The notes: a model not told the origin generated them from the sequence alone. A stretch of 63,992 nt of DNA, filler included, from Choristocarpus tenellus KU-1152 (GCA_964200185.2; 9 parts of 9 records of this genome joined end to end with filler, not necessarily neighbours in it), one strand, 5' to 3'; positions 37,900-53,203 are shown, counted from the whole stretch's first letter. Translations and numbers: made by a program.

Positions 37900-40500
37900 A
37901 GCATTTTCTAAGAATGAGTCAGGTGCTATTTCCAATTTATTGCGCCAGCGTGGCTGCAGCAGTGATAAACTGCTGCCCCCTTAAGTCACACCTCCTGCCG
38001 TCCAACAAACACACCCTGCTCTACGTTCCTTCTCCTACATCAATATTTTCTCATCTGCCACTTTCTCAACCCACAAGGTCCAAATACACCCACCGATCCA
38101 TCACATGCTCACGCACCCTAGCTCAAGATGCAACTGGTGCTTTCCTGGGTTGGCCATAATATGGTACACCATGGCTATTCCGTCCACTGCAAGTTTGAAT
38201 CGTTGGTCATCATCGATATCGATGTTTCCACAAACGGCCTCTCCACCAAGACGCTCTATATTTTCGTTCGAGTCTGTTCCTCTTTCCTTCCCATCCCGGA
38301 TCCTACCCCCTTCTGTGCTAGCCAGTTGTCCTAGTACCTGGCATCGCGGGAAGTTTAACCGAGGAGATAATGCCTTAACAAAACGAGTGTTCAGGGTACT
38401 CATGATAAAGGTGAAACAAACAGGGTGCTAAATATCACGTGCGTGAGAGGAATCTTCTTCAAGTGATGCACCCCCGCAGAGCTATAGGAATTCTTTAGAA
38501 CTAATCGAAGATAGGTCATGGGTGAGACTACCGCACACTGCGAGTGCCATTCCAGTGTGGGTGTTGGTGACCCTGCAATCAATGGAGTGTGGTCATACCT
38601 TTGAAGCACTGGAGGATACATCGACAACACTATGCATATCCCTCTGTACCATATCATTCAGCATTTCACATCAACTCCACCAGGGACTTCCACATAGCGC
38701 ATTCTGCTGCAATGCTCATGAAACAGCGCCTTCCAACTCAAAGACAGATGTATCTGGTTGAGTTGGAAATATCCCACCATTCTAATGAGGTCACCTGTTC
38801 TTGCCTCTTCCTTGCTCTTCTCTCTTCCACGAGCGAGGTTATATCTACATGGTCCGAAAATGATTGTGGAGATACCTTGATGTAGGAGCTCAGACCATGC
38901 ACACCCATCCTCGTTGCTGATTGCCATTCTTGTGCATGGAAAGGGGTGGGTCAAACCAAAATAGAAATCGGAGGGTGACACACAAATGCTACACACAGAA
39001 AACCCTTACCATTGCATCCTCTTCTTCTTCGTTGGCCACATCTTTGAATTGAGTGGAGATAGGGATCTAGCAGGAGCTCTTTCAGCACGTAGGTCAATCC
39101 TCTGTGCGCTCGGGAGACTGTCGGTGGTTAGATCTAGGTTATTGACAATCTCAGGCAAGTCAGCGGAGTGGCTAGGAGGAGGTGCAGCTTTGGTCACCTC
39201 ACCCTTGCAACTCGAGAGGTGGGGCGGGGATACGGAAGGGAAGGAAAGGTGTATAGGACGTGCAAGATCAGAGAGCTTTGCTTGGTTTAATAAGTCGGCG
39301 GCATCATGCCGAACCTTCGGGCACCCCAGGTGTGAGCTAAGACAGGGAGTTGCCATATGTCAGCATAGTCGCCCTGGAGCATGATACCAGCGATAACTCC
39401 CCCCTCACCTAACTTTGCAGGTTTTCTCATCTCTGATACGTGTACGTCAAATCAGTTCCTATGCCTTGGATTTTTGGTGCAAGACTCGTATGTTCCTGTC
39501 GGGACAGTCTCAGATCAACCCAAAGATTGACAGAATCGTCTCGTGCAAGGTCTAATTGCCAGTTGATGCGTTCGTGGACTATATAGGATTAAACAGTTCC
39601 AAAGTATTCATGTCGATATCCTACAGTCTCGTCCATCTTGATTTCGATGCTACCCGACCCTACCGACAACCTTTCCCTGAAGGATTTCCCTGCCAAACCA
39701 GCGGTCCCGTCCCCGCATCAAAATAAAGCGATTGGAACGGTTGCGGCTTCTTGCAGTTATCCCTTGCTTAACACAGTCGATTCTCCCCTTGGACGCACTG
39801 AATACCCTTGCCCTCCGAGAGGTCGTCCTAAATACATTTTAAAAGGCGACCTTGAGTGTTCTACGGGTTTAGATATTATAGAGCCAGCCACCACAATCTT
39901 CGACGAACATACCCTGTTCTATAAATATATTGGAATAGTAGAATCCTGTAGACTCTGTCTGTATTTTGGGGTTGTTGAGGTTCACTGTTGGGTTCCCTGT
40001 AGAGGGAAGTATGTATCGAGTTAATGTGTATCGTGAGGAGTATTGGGTCACAGAGGCGAGATAGTGCACAGCAAAGGAGGGTGCCTCCCATCCTCAGATA
40101 ATTTGCTCATCCTCCTGGTGGTCACCTGAGCTGGCCTGATCCTAGTTGTAATACCCTCTATTACTGGGTCATAGTTGACCTTTGATGATCATGGATGTCA
40201 ATTTTCCATGATGATATCTGCGAGCAAGAGTCTACCTCAACTTTTGCTCAATTGGGTTGGAGAAGTACTGTCGAGCCCTTACCACACCCTCATATGTTAT
40301 CCATTACCAACTTTATGCCAGAATTATTGCAAACAGGATTCGATTTTGATGCATGGTATACGTGCTCTGAGAGTAGACGTTGCATGCCTTCTTGGGTTCA
40401 CAGGACCTGGAGGTTGGGGGGGTATGCTTTGTTGGTTGATTGTTTACACATTTATGAGCCATCCTTCTATATTTAATACAACTTTACGATCCTCAGTAGC
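37900..40500 (-). mobile_element. Highly degenerate LINE (endonuclease/RT) remnant
   Basis: Fragments FYFGLTHPFPCTR (cf. GLT.PF...RG..QG), VTKAAPP...ADLPE and VVSPMTYLRL (cf. YLG). There are many stops and frameshifts. Confidence 0.4.
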
Positions 40501-41996
40501 ACCGCTCTTATCACCATTGAACCACCCTTGAGTACGCTATCCCTTGGTCAATGTGTGTGTGTTCCTACGAAGCTCTAATGTACTGTAGGCATACGGACTC
40601 ACATAGCCTCCGTTGTCGCACACACCATGAGAAGAACATCACTGCGAATAAGGTTTGGAAGTAGGACCCAATAGGGCTTCGCTCTTGGTTAGTAATGTGT
40701 AGCAGCAGTTGAGATGGTTGATCGTAGTTCAACATTAGTAGTGCAAAACTGTAGCAATCGATTCAATCGCCTCGATTCAACTAAATTCCTAGTGATTGAA
40801 GTATGTACGTCAGGTTTGATTTTGAATGGGTTATTTTTTGCATGAGTGTGCATACCGCGCTCGTTTCCTGCGGAGCTTGGCGATTTGAGCCTCTCCGTTC
40901 GTCCACTGCGTACACATTTCTCCTATATTGAGTGCATCAATCGATTTACATGCACTGACATCTTAGTTTACGTTTGATTCACAAAACTCTGAACTCTTGT
41001 GTTCATATACTGAAGGCCTGTGTGGTATTTGCTCCTATTTCCTCTGATCTGCATTGTTGCACACCCTTATGCAAGCAAGGTACGCTGGTCAAGGTTTCTG
41101 AGTATTGCGAGCCGAATTTCGATTGCCTCGGCTCTTGTCGATGGACCATCTCAGTCTACTTTACCCTTGCCAGACCAACTGTCAATTCTGATCGCAGTGT
41201 CTTCCAAGTTGAGGGTTTTTTTTTATGGGAGGGGTCGTAAAAACATCAGAAAACTCAACTCACATGCTGTAGAAAGATCGTTTCGATGGCTTGAAGGGCA
41301 GGCGCTTTCGAAGGGTAGGAACAGGTGGCTTGAAGGGCAAGCTGAGTTTGATTGTCCTACAGTTCTAGAGAGTTAATCAGGGCGCCGTTGCCAATTGAGA
41401 CGATGATAGCTATAGCATCAATGGGCTAGATACGAGGATACTCCTTTTGTTAGATCTTGGTTGATGATGGTGATGCTTATTGCAACTTTACTCTTCCCCT
41501 TGGCTACTGAGAAGGTATTCAGTAGGCATTCAGTAGGCATTCAGTAGGCATTCAGCGTTGAATACTTTCTCGCTAGCTCAGGGGATTGCCGAAGTATGAG
41601 CAAGCGCTATTGTGGTTGTCTCGGATCCCTGTTCATGTTTACACTTCTCTCGAAGAGCTATCAAACCATCGGGATACACGGCTGTGCTTCAGTAGTAACT
41701 GCCCCACTGAGAAAGGTAGTCCCTGATCAGAGGGAAGTCAGCTCTCGGGCAAAACCCAATCAAGTCTAACAGCTTGCCAACCCCGGAAGGAGCCTTTGTC
41801 TAAGCTTTAGTGAATCCCACAATGAGGCTGTGCTTGAAGATTGATTACCTTGGGCCACCTCGGTACACTGAGGATTTGAAGCAATGTGTCGTCAATTTGA
41901 CTCTTAACAGCGGAGGCGTTTCCGATACAAGTAAGAACCTCACCTGAAAAACCGCGAAAGAGCTAGAGTTGATGCTGGTGCGCTTCCCTTTCGCTT

Positions 41997-42041
41997 GCTT
42001 GCTATTTACTTGCTATTTACTTGCTATTTACTTGCTATTTG
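41997..42041. repeat. Short tandem repeat (gctatttactt)x~4
   Basis: Seen directly. Another 11-mer repeat, (attcagtaggc)x3, lies at about 41517-41553. Confidence 0.8.
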
Positions 42042-42748
42042 CGTTGAACATTGTATCGTCAGCGGATCCACCTATCCCTCGAGATGGCAGAACCGAAAAG
42101 AGGTACAGATTTTGAACATATTGAGGGGTATAGGCGTATCAGGAAAAAATCTATATCCTGGCACTCATGCCCAGACAGCCCAGAGTCCAGATGATAAAGA
42201 GGATGGGTTTGATCACTGAAGCAAGTCGAGCAGAGGCATTGTGATGAAACCAGAGGCCAACAGGGTTTCCCAAATCCCCCTCCTAAATTGCATTGAGGGG
42301 GATTATATAAGCAAGTTAAGTGTTTGCTCCACAATTCTACTCTGGTGAACCATTTTTCTCTACCTGCTTAGTGTGTATAGAGGGAGTAGAGATGGAGGTA
42401 TTGGGCAAAGTTCCCTGCATTGCGTCCTCGTGGTAAAGGTGGTGGATCAAGCCTTTCCCAGACTTTAGGGCTGCTCTTCTGGCAAGACAAGTGTTGTCTT
42501 GTTTTGTGAAACAGTAGCGATAGCAATAGCACTATATGTTCTGCAGGCCCTTTTGTCCCAGCTGTAAGGATTGTTTTTTTTATTTTCACACTGTGCCCTG
42601 TTCATCTTGACATATAGAGTAATTGCTACAACAGTGTGAGAGCTGTCTCTCGCCTTTTCTATTTTATTTTTTATTTTTTTTGGGGGGGGGGGAAAAACAA
42701 TCAATGCGAATGAGATTGTGTGAGGGAGGTAGAAACTATATATTTTTT

Positions 42749-42848
42749 NNNNNNNNNNNNNNNNNNNNNNNNNNNNNNNNNNNNNNNNNNNNTTAATTAA
42801 TTAANNNNNNNNNNNNNNNNNNNNNNNNNNNNNNNNNNNNNNNNNNNN
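42749..42848. other. Artificial contig linker
   Basis: N44-TTAATTAATTAA-N44. Confidence 0.97.
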
Positions 42849-44559
42849 ATAGTCCGGGGCCATCCCCAATTTTGAGGATCCCCTGTTATTTGTTCTGCAA
42901 CCTTTCTGTTTGGGTTTATTTTTGTGCACCCTGTTTGTGCAATTACGTACACTGTCTTGAGGCTGCTTTTGCCTGGCGGATCCCACTCTCTTCTTCACCT
43001 TAATCATGTTCCTATCCATCTCACTGCTGCCCCATATATATATGACCCAGTGGTTGTTGTCATCACCCACATTCAGAGATTCAAGCCATTGATACAAGGG
43101 CCTTCCTTGATTTTTTTGGGCCCTACATGGTTGTTTCAAGTAACCGCAGTCATTTTATGGTTGCAGTTATGGTTGGGGGAATATCGACAGTATATACACA
43201 ACTCTACCATATACGCTGATAGTTGACAACCATAAGAGGTATTGAAAAACCATGCACAACCATCAGAATTCCATAAAAATACTAACCTTGAAACATTATA
43301 TCCTTACATGCTTGATCCCTGCACCCCATGGCTCAATTATCTCTTTAAGCATCTCAAGAGAATTACACACACTCAGACAAATATGTTGCAATAATGCTGT
43401 CAAGCAATAATCCTGTTGATCCTGTCAAACTCCGTAACCATAATGGACCACTACCAATCTTCAATGGTACAACATTGGCTAAACAACACAGCATAGAAGG
43501 GGGCAGTATGACAATAGTTTCAGGTTTTCACCACTTCAAATCTAGCAACAGCTACTGCTAGTGGTATTAGAATCTTCATTTCGACTCTTAAGCTACTACT
43601 ACATATATAATCCACCATCCAGTCGGATGAAGAAAATTTACATTAACCATATTCTTATTTTTATCATCTCTCACATCAAATTCATAGTTTCAAGTTCATC
43701 AGTCAGTAGTTCAATGTTATTATAGACTTGGGATCTTTCACTGAATCCATGTGACACAAAGAAAATGCATTCAACAGTGTGCTAAAGCTTTTTCCAGTTC
43801 CAACCAAGCCAAGGCTGTCTAGATTGGAGTTGCAACACTTGTGGTGGGTAGCAGGAGTCTAGAATGCATGGATCAGGAGGAGGTTGTAAACACCACTTAA
43901 AAAGAATTGAGCTTTCACAGGTCCTCCTTGCTGGGCCAATACATTCGCTCTGGGTAAGGCCACATGCTTGAACAGTTGCTCCAATTTCTGCTACCATGTC
44001 TTGGTCGATTCCTGAAGCCATGATATCCCTGACTCTTCCTTCTGCTGCCTCCTTAAATCAAGCATTACATGCACTCCCTTTGGTCCGTAGTGCACTATAC
44101 AGAAAACTTGTTTTAAAACGTGTTTGCACACCCCCAAGAAGCAGGATGCTTTACCAAGAAGATAATGATGTAGAAAGTGCTTTATTAAGCTACAGCAAAG
44201 AGTGAGACTTATCCATAAGGGGGGGTTAGTTCCTCGTCTCCGTAATCATGCTTTCACGCAATTCAGCTTATCACTAATAGAAACATTAATGGTAGATCAA
44301 ACATAGAAACATTTCCTAAAATGTTTCTTCAACATAATTATATTCCAATGTTCTGATCCATCACCAACCTATCGTCTTACACGCATTATCTTGCTATGTA
44401 CGTAAGTTTTTCTTCTTTGGTACTAATAATAACATTTGGTGTGTACAGTCCTTCAAAGCATCTCCTTATGCAAACATTGAAACAAGAAATCAAGTATGTG
44501 ATCGAAGAGTAAAAGAATGAGGAAATATTTGACTTCTCAGGTATTAGAATTGGAGGGCT

Positions 44560-46400
44560 ACACTGAAGACCAATGGGGAACACAAGGTGTTGGAAGAGGC
44601 ACAACCGTCTCGACCAGAGTAGTTTGCCAGGCTACATCATGGGATTGGCGGCAAAAGTTGTCAGTCTGAGATAAACTTATCAGGCCCATTCCTGACTGAC
44701 CTTCATCCAAGTGGAACATTGCATGAGCACAGAACTTTAGATCATCTTACATTTTTGTACATCAACAGGCATGTACCTCATCAAGGAGGTGATCAAGTAC
44801 CTCCAGAAGATGAAGGCACCGGGACTGAAGGACAAATCAAGGCCCGGTGTGTTTGTGTTCTAGAGTTGTGTAGTTGAGCAAACAGTTTTATACTTATGCA
44901 GTATTTGTCAACAGTGTAGTTACATGTACTCTACTGCTATTATACATGCTGTCTGACATGTTGCAAAACGTTTTGGGTAAGACAGGGACATGACACACAT
45001 CGTTCACAAAGACATCACACACAACTGTTGCCTGGATTTTTTGCAAATGCTGCCGTAGACCAATTGTTGGAATTAGCATTGCTGTTATTAGGCTTGTTAT
45101 AAATGATAATAGTATTTTCCAGTTAAATTAAAAAAATTCAGATGCCAGGCTGCTTTCACTTTTGCAGCTCAGAAAAGTACAATTGTTGATAGTTTTTACT
45201 TCCTATAACACCCTTTTAATATGCTGTGTCATATTCTGTGGGTGATAAGTGCATCCACTCAAATTATGATATTCTGTACCACCCACACAATTCATGGACA
45301 AAAAGGTCCAGTCCAAGAAAGCAGTAGACACTGACTGGTCCTGTTACTATATATATTAATCAGGTCTACCCTGAAGCTCGGTTCAGTCTGGTTATATACT
45401 CTCTCAAGACTCTGGGCCAATCCTGTTGAAAACTCTTTCACCTGGACTTGTCTACAGCTCGATCTGCTTGAAATATCTGACAGTACTGGATCAAGTTGTA
45501 GCATACTTCACTGGGATCAACCTGTGGTGCTGCAGTTCAGGTCAAATCTCTGATGGACCTGGACCGATGCTGTTGAAACATATTTCACCAGGGCCAGTCT
45601 GGAGACCAGTCCCATCTCATTTTCCCATTCCAATGAAAAGCCCTGAAGGTCACAGAGCCTTCCTCTTGTATCCCTGTTAGAGAATGTGTAGAATCCCAAT
45701 TCTTGATATTGAAATATGTAGATTAATTCCTTCTCAGTTATGTTATAGGAGGTAGTAAGTTGGAGTGAGCATACACCATTCAAGAAGGGGGGGTGATAAA
45801 CGTTTTGCTCATCCCCGATCACTAATAACTCGTCACCCAATTTGTGTTACTTGCTACAAAGTTCCTTTTCTAGGATTCTTCTTGTACTATTATAACCCAG
45901 ATAATATTGTCGTAGTCACCTACAAAGGCATTACTATCAACTATCCTGTTATCCAGCAATGGTTAAACAACTCAATGTTTCTCCTACAGATTTATCTTTT
46001 ACACCTGAATAAAAAGCATATTCTTAACAATCCCTACTTTACATCTGCTTTTACTAGCATTGTTACAGTGGATCAAACAAGACAAAATTAAACATAAATT
46101 ATATCAATCAATTATGACTCATGCCATCCACACCATAGATCAGAGTTGTCCAGGTTATTTCTATGGTCATTGATTCATCAAGTATGAACTGTTGCAATAC
46201 GTTGTGTATACCAGCAGTATGTGGTAATGGTGGCAAGAGTGGTATAAAGCAAATCACCTGTTGTGCCCAACAACAAAAATGATCAAATATTGTAAAATGC
46301 AAAGCACATCTCTGAGCTACACTCAGTATAAAATCTGCAGACCAGAGTTTGCACATTTTCAATGGCTCCATAATCATGGGTAATATACTGGTGACAAATA
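44560..46400 (+). mobile_element. Possible very old Ty3/gypsy pol fragments
   Basis: NLSGPFLTDLHPSGTL (cf. the integrase C-terminal GP..I..VH.NGT) and VPFLGF (cf. RT V.YLG). The similarity is weak. Confidence 0.3.
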
Positions 46401-49400
46401 ATCTACTTCAGGTACAAGCCAGTATGTCTTCATTAGGAACAAGGCATTATAGCAGAAAAATAGCTTGGCAGGAATCAAAATAGAGATCAAAATCAGGGCA
46501 CAATAGAGAACAAACACATTCTGCCACCTGATCTAAGTGTTTGGGTTACACAAAATGCCCATTTAAATATTGAGGGAAACTAGGGTGCAAGCCATCTGTT
46601 AGTGCTGTTTACGATAGAACTCTGCAAAAAAAAACATACAAAACATACACACTTGTTACAATCAAATTTATGAGATCTTACCAACATTCTCAGACAAATT
46701 CATCCTTTTTTGCTACAAAAGACGAGGATTCATACATTGTAACATCCATTGATATCCACAACCTGATCTGAAAAGGAATTTTGAAAAAAACTAAATTATG
46801 GCGAAGTCTAGAAATGCAATGAATCTGTGACACACCAAGTGTATGGAATATTCTCCTGACACACAGGAATGAGTCAAGCCTGAGAGTGATTCTACATTCA
46901 ACGCCATGGTTGGTAAGCTACAGTCAATTGAGACCACTGACAAACTAGCAGATGGCACCTGACTTGACTCTAGGCCTTGATTGCAGTGTGTCATGTTATC
47001 ACAAGACTAACACATCTCACTGAAATATATTGTGTCAAGGGACCAAAATTTAAAATTGCTTCACATTCACTTTTTGAAACATCTTGTTAACATACAAAAA
47101 ACACATTCTGATCTGTCAAAGTGCAAGATCCATATATTCATCAACCTTGCCAACTTGTAATAGTGTATAACAATAAATTACATTATTCTATTTTTAGTAC
47201 AATAAACAACTCCCAAAATCTCATTCCTCCACCCTGAAAAGTGTTCCGACAAATTTGAGATGAGTCCTCTGGAATCAAGCCCGATAAGGTTCAGGTACTC
47301 TTATCATAGGAAATTCAGATAGCACCCTTCTTCTGATGTCACATAAAAGCCTGCGAACCATGCACAGACTTCTGGCAGCAAGAAAACAGAACATTTTTGC
47401 AAGACAACTAAATAATCAACACTAGTGCTGCACTTGAACACTGGTTAAAGTAATCTGTAACATCCATTGTCCGCAGCAACAGGTACAGCCATTTCATCGA
47501 TAGCATTATTAGCAGTAGTCCAATACAACACTCAGCGTCATTTGCTCATACAATGGGTACTGCCCAGGACAACACTTGAAGTTTTTTTGCTGTGTGATGG
47601 ACTCTGTCCAGAACAACACTTGGGGTCGTATGATTTAAGGGACAAAATCCATGCCTAGGAGTTTATTTGCTCCACAACATATGTTTTCCAGGATAAAACA
47701 CAGGGTCATTTGCTCTACAGTGGACATTGTTCAGGAAAATGGTTTGAGTCCTTTTGTTCTATAATGCCTGGTATCTAGGAAAACACGAAGGGCTATCAGG
47801 CTTTGAATTATATTTTTTTTAATTCGGAATATGTTTTGCTGTGTACTTTTATATATGACACTAACAAAGATATGCTGTAAATAGTGCAAGCAATCGTTCA
47901 TATCCATGGTGTGCAAGTATACTTCAAGCATATTTATTTAATTTCTCAATGATGTCTAATGCCCTTTGACAGTACCTAGAATAGTCTCAAACAAAAACCG
48001 GTGGTGTCAGTAGTTTTGCCGAAAGCTCTCAGGCATGATCGACAAAGAGATATTTGTATCATATTCTTCAAAGGGTGTGCTTGAACTACAAACACACAGT
48101 TATGAGAGGTCTAACATGCAAAATTATTCTTGTTTGAGCACACGCAATAATGTAGTAACAGCCCACACCCTATACTTGTTGAGTCGTATACAGATCAATT
48201 TCTTTCTGTTCAAAACAGTACCAATATGGTATTTATTTTGTCTATCATGCTTGTTAAAAGTAACTTTCCCTCGAGTCTCAAATCATGTTATCTTGACAAT
48301 ATTATGCACATAGAACAGTAATGTGCCAGGTGTACTTGTACTACTTCGAAGCACTATCAATACTGAATGCTTGCATAGTATACAACAGCACATCATTCTG
48401 CTGTGAACCATCTTTTACGTATGCCAGGTCTTCCACAAGTTGTGCTGAGAAACAATTGACTATATTAAATTTTCAAGATTGACGAAGTATCAACCAACAA
48501 CTTTTGCCTTTGGTATTCATTATTGTACTACATGGTTGACATAACCTCAGCCCAAAATTCCTGATCAGCTAGGTTCACATGACAAGTGCCCCTAGTTACA
48601 AAGTTTGATAATCTCTACCCAGGTCCCTCACACCGCACGATTTTTGAAATCTAGTGATGTGCATGGGACAGAACACACACCTTGATGCCAAAAGACAGAT
48701 TTGCGGGAGTTCCAGGCAACACAAAGTTGGAGGTACCTTGCAGTTTATAAAAATAGCAACTAATCAGAGTTGACCATGTTGGGCCAAAAGTATTGTCGTA
48801 GTTTGAACTGAGCAGTGGAAAGCATTGACTGCTTTGTTGAGCATCCCTTCAGTGTAATTTCTCAATTTCCGTCAAGTTCAGAACTCATTGAAGTTAACAG
48901 GGAAAAAAATGGAAGTACAACAAATCAGTAACCATATTAATCGAATTCAATCTATTTACCAAGAATCTTGACAACCAAGAATGGTGTAGTTTGTAGTTAG
49001 TTGGACCTCCATGATAGTTGAAAGCCCGGGGTCTTCGCGGAACATCATTGTGAGCATGGCAGCGTACCTATTTGGGGCCCTGCATGCTTTAACCACATAA
49101 AAATACAACCGAGTCAGAGGGTAGGGATGTTACAGTCTCCTAACAACATAACATCTTTTGTAAGTTGCACCAGTGCCTTCCCTATTTCCCAAGTCTATTT
49201 ATGTGCTCCACCCATATTTCATAGAATGAAGTAGTTCTTGCAGATGCTGCACTGTTTACTACCTAAATCAAATCCTTCATAGTATATTTAATTTCACTCC
49301 TAATTCAATTGATGTACCTGTCAATAAGTTTGTTGCTCACCCAGTTCGTCAAACGTGGTCACTCAAACACTCAAGCTATGGACAACATGCTGTCTCCAGG

Positions 49401-50899
49401 TTTCCATCGGTGTTGTTGAAACGACCTGTTAAGCCGTCAACCCACCGACCCTCACAACTTTTCCACACCTCCTAATTAAGTGGAATAGTGGAGGTGTGGG
49501 TAAATATGTGATGTGATATCAAACATATCCAAAAGTAATAGTGAAACAATATCTCACATAAATCAATAATTAATTTATTATGGATATATTATATTTAATG
49601 TGATGATATGTACAGGGAGTTAAGACTAATATATGTAGGATATATTTATATATATATATGTAGGGAATTAGTGGGGGTAGGTAGGACAATGGAGTTTGTT
49701 TTTGTATTTTGGGGAAGTTACTGACAAATAATATTATTCCAGAAAATTCCCGATTTTAGAAAATTAAAAAATTTAGTTGATACTAAATACAAAGTTGTGA
49801 TGTCTTGGGTTTCCTCCTTCAACACATCTCTAAAATATTATTTATAGGGATTTTGAACACATTAAAAAATGTTGACATATAAATTATATTTACTATTGAA
49901 AAATACATTGTTAATGACATACTCATTTTTTATTATTATTATGATCTCATACATTTCACGGATGTGCTAAGGTGGTACCAGCAGCTTGGCCCTCTGTGGC
50001 AATCGTATATTTTTCACCAGAACGCCACAAAAGTTATACAACAATGTATATATCAAATGAAAGCTTGTAACACTTATAACAAGAGTTTTTGAAGGTTTGT
50101 ATCCACGAATGTCCAGGCTTCGGGGAATGGGAGCTATGTCCTGAACAAAGAATGGGAAAAAAGGCAGGGGAATACCTCCGGTGCAATTTTGAAGGTCACG
50201 ACTTCAAAAAAGACAAAAATGAAGTGATTGGCTGAACTCTTTGCAAAACACTGGTTCGGGGTAGGTGACTGCCCAAGTTTGACTGGTGTGACGATATAGA
50301 AAAAAACCCTCAAGATTTTCAGACAACATTTTAATGCCTTTTCCAGACTTTCTGTGAGCACACACACACGTGACTTACACAGCAACATGAACCATGCCGG
50401 TGAGAGACAAGGTGAGCTGCCGAAGCCACTCTGCCCCCTGGATCTACCCTCTGCACCTTCTCTGTCGAGAGGCGACGGAAATTAAAGTACCGTGTGAAAC
50501 TCAGTGTGATGTTAGGTGATGAGGAAGTGCGAGTAGTGTGGTGCAGCAGCATGATCAAATCGCAAAATGAATCATGGGGCAGCAACATTGACGCTGAGAG
50601 AAGATGCACTGAAAGCATTACCACACAAATGTGTTTGGATCTTCAGCTACGTCGGACCATTGCTCTACAGTCTCTGCCGCCTCGGGAAAGCAGGAAAAGA
50701 GCAGCGAGTTCATCACCAGGTGGTACAGTGACTAAGTCTGTGGGGAAGTCTGGTCACGGCTGGCGAAGGGAGAACCAGGGTGGCCGGCCGAAGGGAAGAT
50801 TGAGGAAGAGAGCAGTCAGTGCTAATGCGTGCCATTGCGCTCAGGAAACACCTAAGCGAAAACCCGGGTGTAGAATATCTTAGTAGTCAACAGTTGCAG

Positions 50900-52073
50900 C
50901 AGGTCCTAACTGTTTGGAAGCTGTGTGAAACAGAGTGGCTTAAGGAAAAGAAAAAAAAGGTGTGATGGTTGGGCTACAAGGGTTCTGAAGCCTGAAAGGT
51001 CATAAGGACTCGCAAGGCAGAGGAGAAAGCGATGTTAACAAAGGTAGCTGTGGAGACTTTTTGATACCACCAAATCCTTTAGTTAGAAGAGGTCATGAAG
51101 CAGGTGGAGATAGCCATCGACAAGGACGCCAGGGAAGAAGGGGAGGTGAGATTTAGACTATTTGCACACCAATGGTTTAGTATCTCCCACTTTTTGCAAC
51201 ATGCCATACATTCACTTTTGTTCCTGGACTTGGGGTTGGATGTATAAAGTCGATTAAGACTTTCTCCCAGCCTGAATTCATTCGAGAAATCAACACAATT
51301 TTCGATCAACTCAAGCCTGTCCTACCTTGCCCTTGCGCCTTGATGATAGAATATCACCCGTCCAGGAAACACAGACAACGCCCATTTCCGGCGCTCAAGG
51401 AAATGTGATAGTTAAGACTAACACTGTGAATCCTGTACCTGTGTATGGACAACGGGAAAGACCTTCAAACGGTGGTCAAGATGGAAGCAGGATATGCGAT
51501 GGTCAGGGCAGAAACTGTGAGTAAATGGGAGAGAGACTTCCTAACTAAGGGTCACATCAAGGTGTTAGAGCAAGGGCGCTATGAGAGGCGTTTTGTCCTG
51601 GGCCTTGACGAGGATGTCCTTGCCGAGGTGAAAGAGTGGGGGCGCGGACACGCAGAAAGAAAGGGTGGGGAAACTTTTTTCCCGCCTAAACCTTATAATT
51701 TAATCAAGTAATTGTGCATCTGTTGCCAGTCTTGGTGACCTACAATCCAGGGTTCGAACCCCAATATGAGGGCTCTTTCTTTCAAAAAAGAAAAAAGGTG
51801 GCGAAAAAAACCCATGTCCGTACTCTGGAGGACCTTGTGACGGGCATTATGAATATACTTTTATTTTTTTTATCTGGTGTCTACATCAAAAGTTATGATG
51901 GGTCAACCTTAGAGGGCGAAGCTACTGGTAAAACTAAGTGGGGAAAAAGCAAAGAAAACCATTTATCGTGATTGTTTTTATATTATGTTACAGAAAAACT
52001 ACCAATACTGTGAATCGTGTGATTCTGTGGCGGCGTGGTTCACTCAGGCAAGGGTGGCGAAGAGAATCACCGG
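50900..52073 (+). mobile_element. Degenerate Tc1/IS630-superfamily-like transposase N-terminal region
   Basis: AETVSKWERDFLTKGHIKVLEQGRYERRFVLGLDEDVLAEVKEWGRGHAERKG is an HTH-like motif of a known DDE family, followed by GVYIKSYDG. Confidence 0.45.
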
Positions 52074-52173
52074 NNNNNNNNNNNNNNNNNNNNNNNNNNN
52101 NNNNNNNNNNNNNNNNNTTAATTAATTAANNNNNNNNNNNNNNNNNNNNNNNNNNNNNNNNNNNNNNNNNNNN
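52074..52173. other. Artificial contig linker
   Basis: N44-TTAATTAATTAA-N44. Confidence 0.97.
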
Positions 52174-52793
52174 TTTTTTTTTTTTTTTCTTTCTGCTGGC
52201 GCCCGCGCCCCCGCCCCGCGTGCCCCTGCGCCGCCGGGGGGGGGGGGGGGTGGGGGGGGGGGGGGGGGGGGGGAGGGGGGGGGGGGTACAACAAAGTCGG
52301 TTTAGGCAAGGTGGGGAGCCAAGGGAGGGGAGGAGGTATGATAGGTGAGAAAAAAAGGGGGGGAATGAGTCAAGGGAATGACCGATGCATGGAAGGGGGA
52401 GAGGCTATGTCAAGAATATGCTTTTCATTCATATGTAAGAGGAGATTCTGTAAGAAACAATCTAAGGGTGAAGAGAGACCATGTTTGTGTTCTGAAGAAC
52501 AGAAGATATGTTTGGGTTTAAGAACTAGAATATGGAAGAGTTAAGGAATAGGAGCATTGTAGGAAGCAATCTGTGATTAGTGATAACCGATCCATAGAAC
52601 AGGAATGACTTTGGTGAGACTCCCCCACAGATGCCCTCCTTTGGGCTTGGATGCCCACTCCTCCTTTCTCCTTCGTAGTTTCATGTACAACCTGTTCAAC
52701 CCAATATGGATTTAATCAAGTCATTTACGTACACAAGTCTTAAGAACATCAGCTTCTTCAAGAGGCTACAGCAAAGACTTCGCGTTGTTGAAT

Positions 52794-53006
52794 AGCTCAA
52801 AGTATCTGGGGGGGGGAGGGGGTAGCAGCTGTCAATTTGGAGTCAATTTCTTCATGTTGCGATTTTGGGGTGATTTGGTAGCATACGTCGGATGGATAAT
52901 GTAAGCATACTTTTCCTGGTTAAGACCCAAATGGAAACCCTGGTGTAGACCCCCCCCTCCCCCCCCTCCTCCCCCTTCCCTCCCCCCCAGATACTTAGTT
53001 AGGGCC
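52794..53006 (+). mobile_element. MITE-B copy, AAT duplication
   Basis: aat[agctcaaagtatctggggg...ccccagatacttagttagggcc]aat. Confidence 0.85.
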
Positions 53007-53102
53007 AATACAACCTGATGAGAGAGATTGTCCCGACAAGACTAGAAGAGTGTAAGAAGAGTGTAAATAGGAAATCCATTGATTGGGAAGCAATCAATAA
53101 TA

Positions 53103-53203
53103 GGCTCAAAGTATCTGGGAGGGGGTGGCGGCTGTCCATTTGGGGTTATTTGATTGGACACCCTGGTCTAGACCCCCCCCCCCCCTCCCAGATACTTTGG
53201 GTC
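53103..53203 (+). mobile_element. MITE-B short (101-bp) copy, ATA duplication
   Basis: ata[ggctcaaagtatctggg...cccagatactttgggtc]ata. Confidence 0.9.
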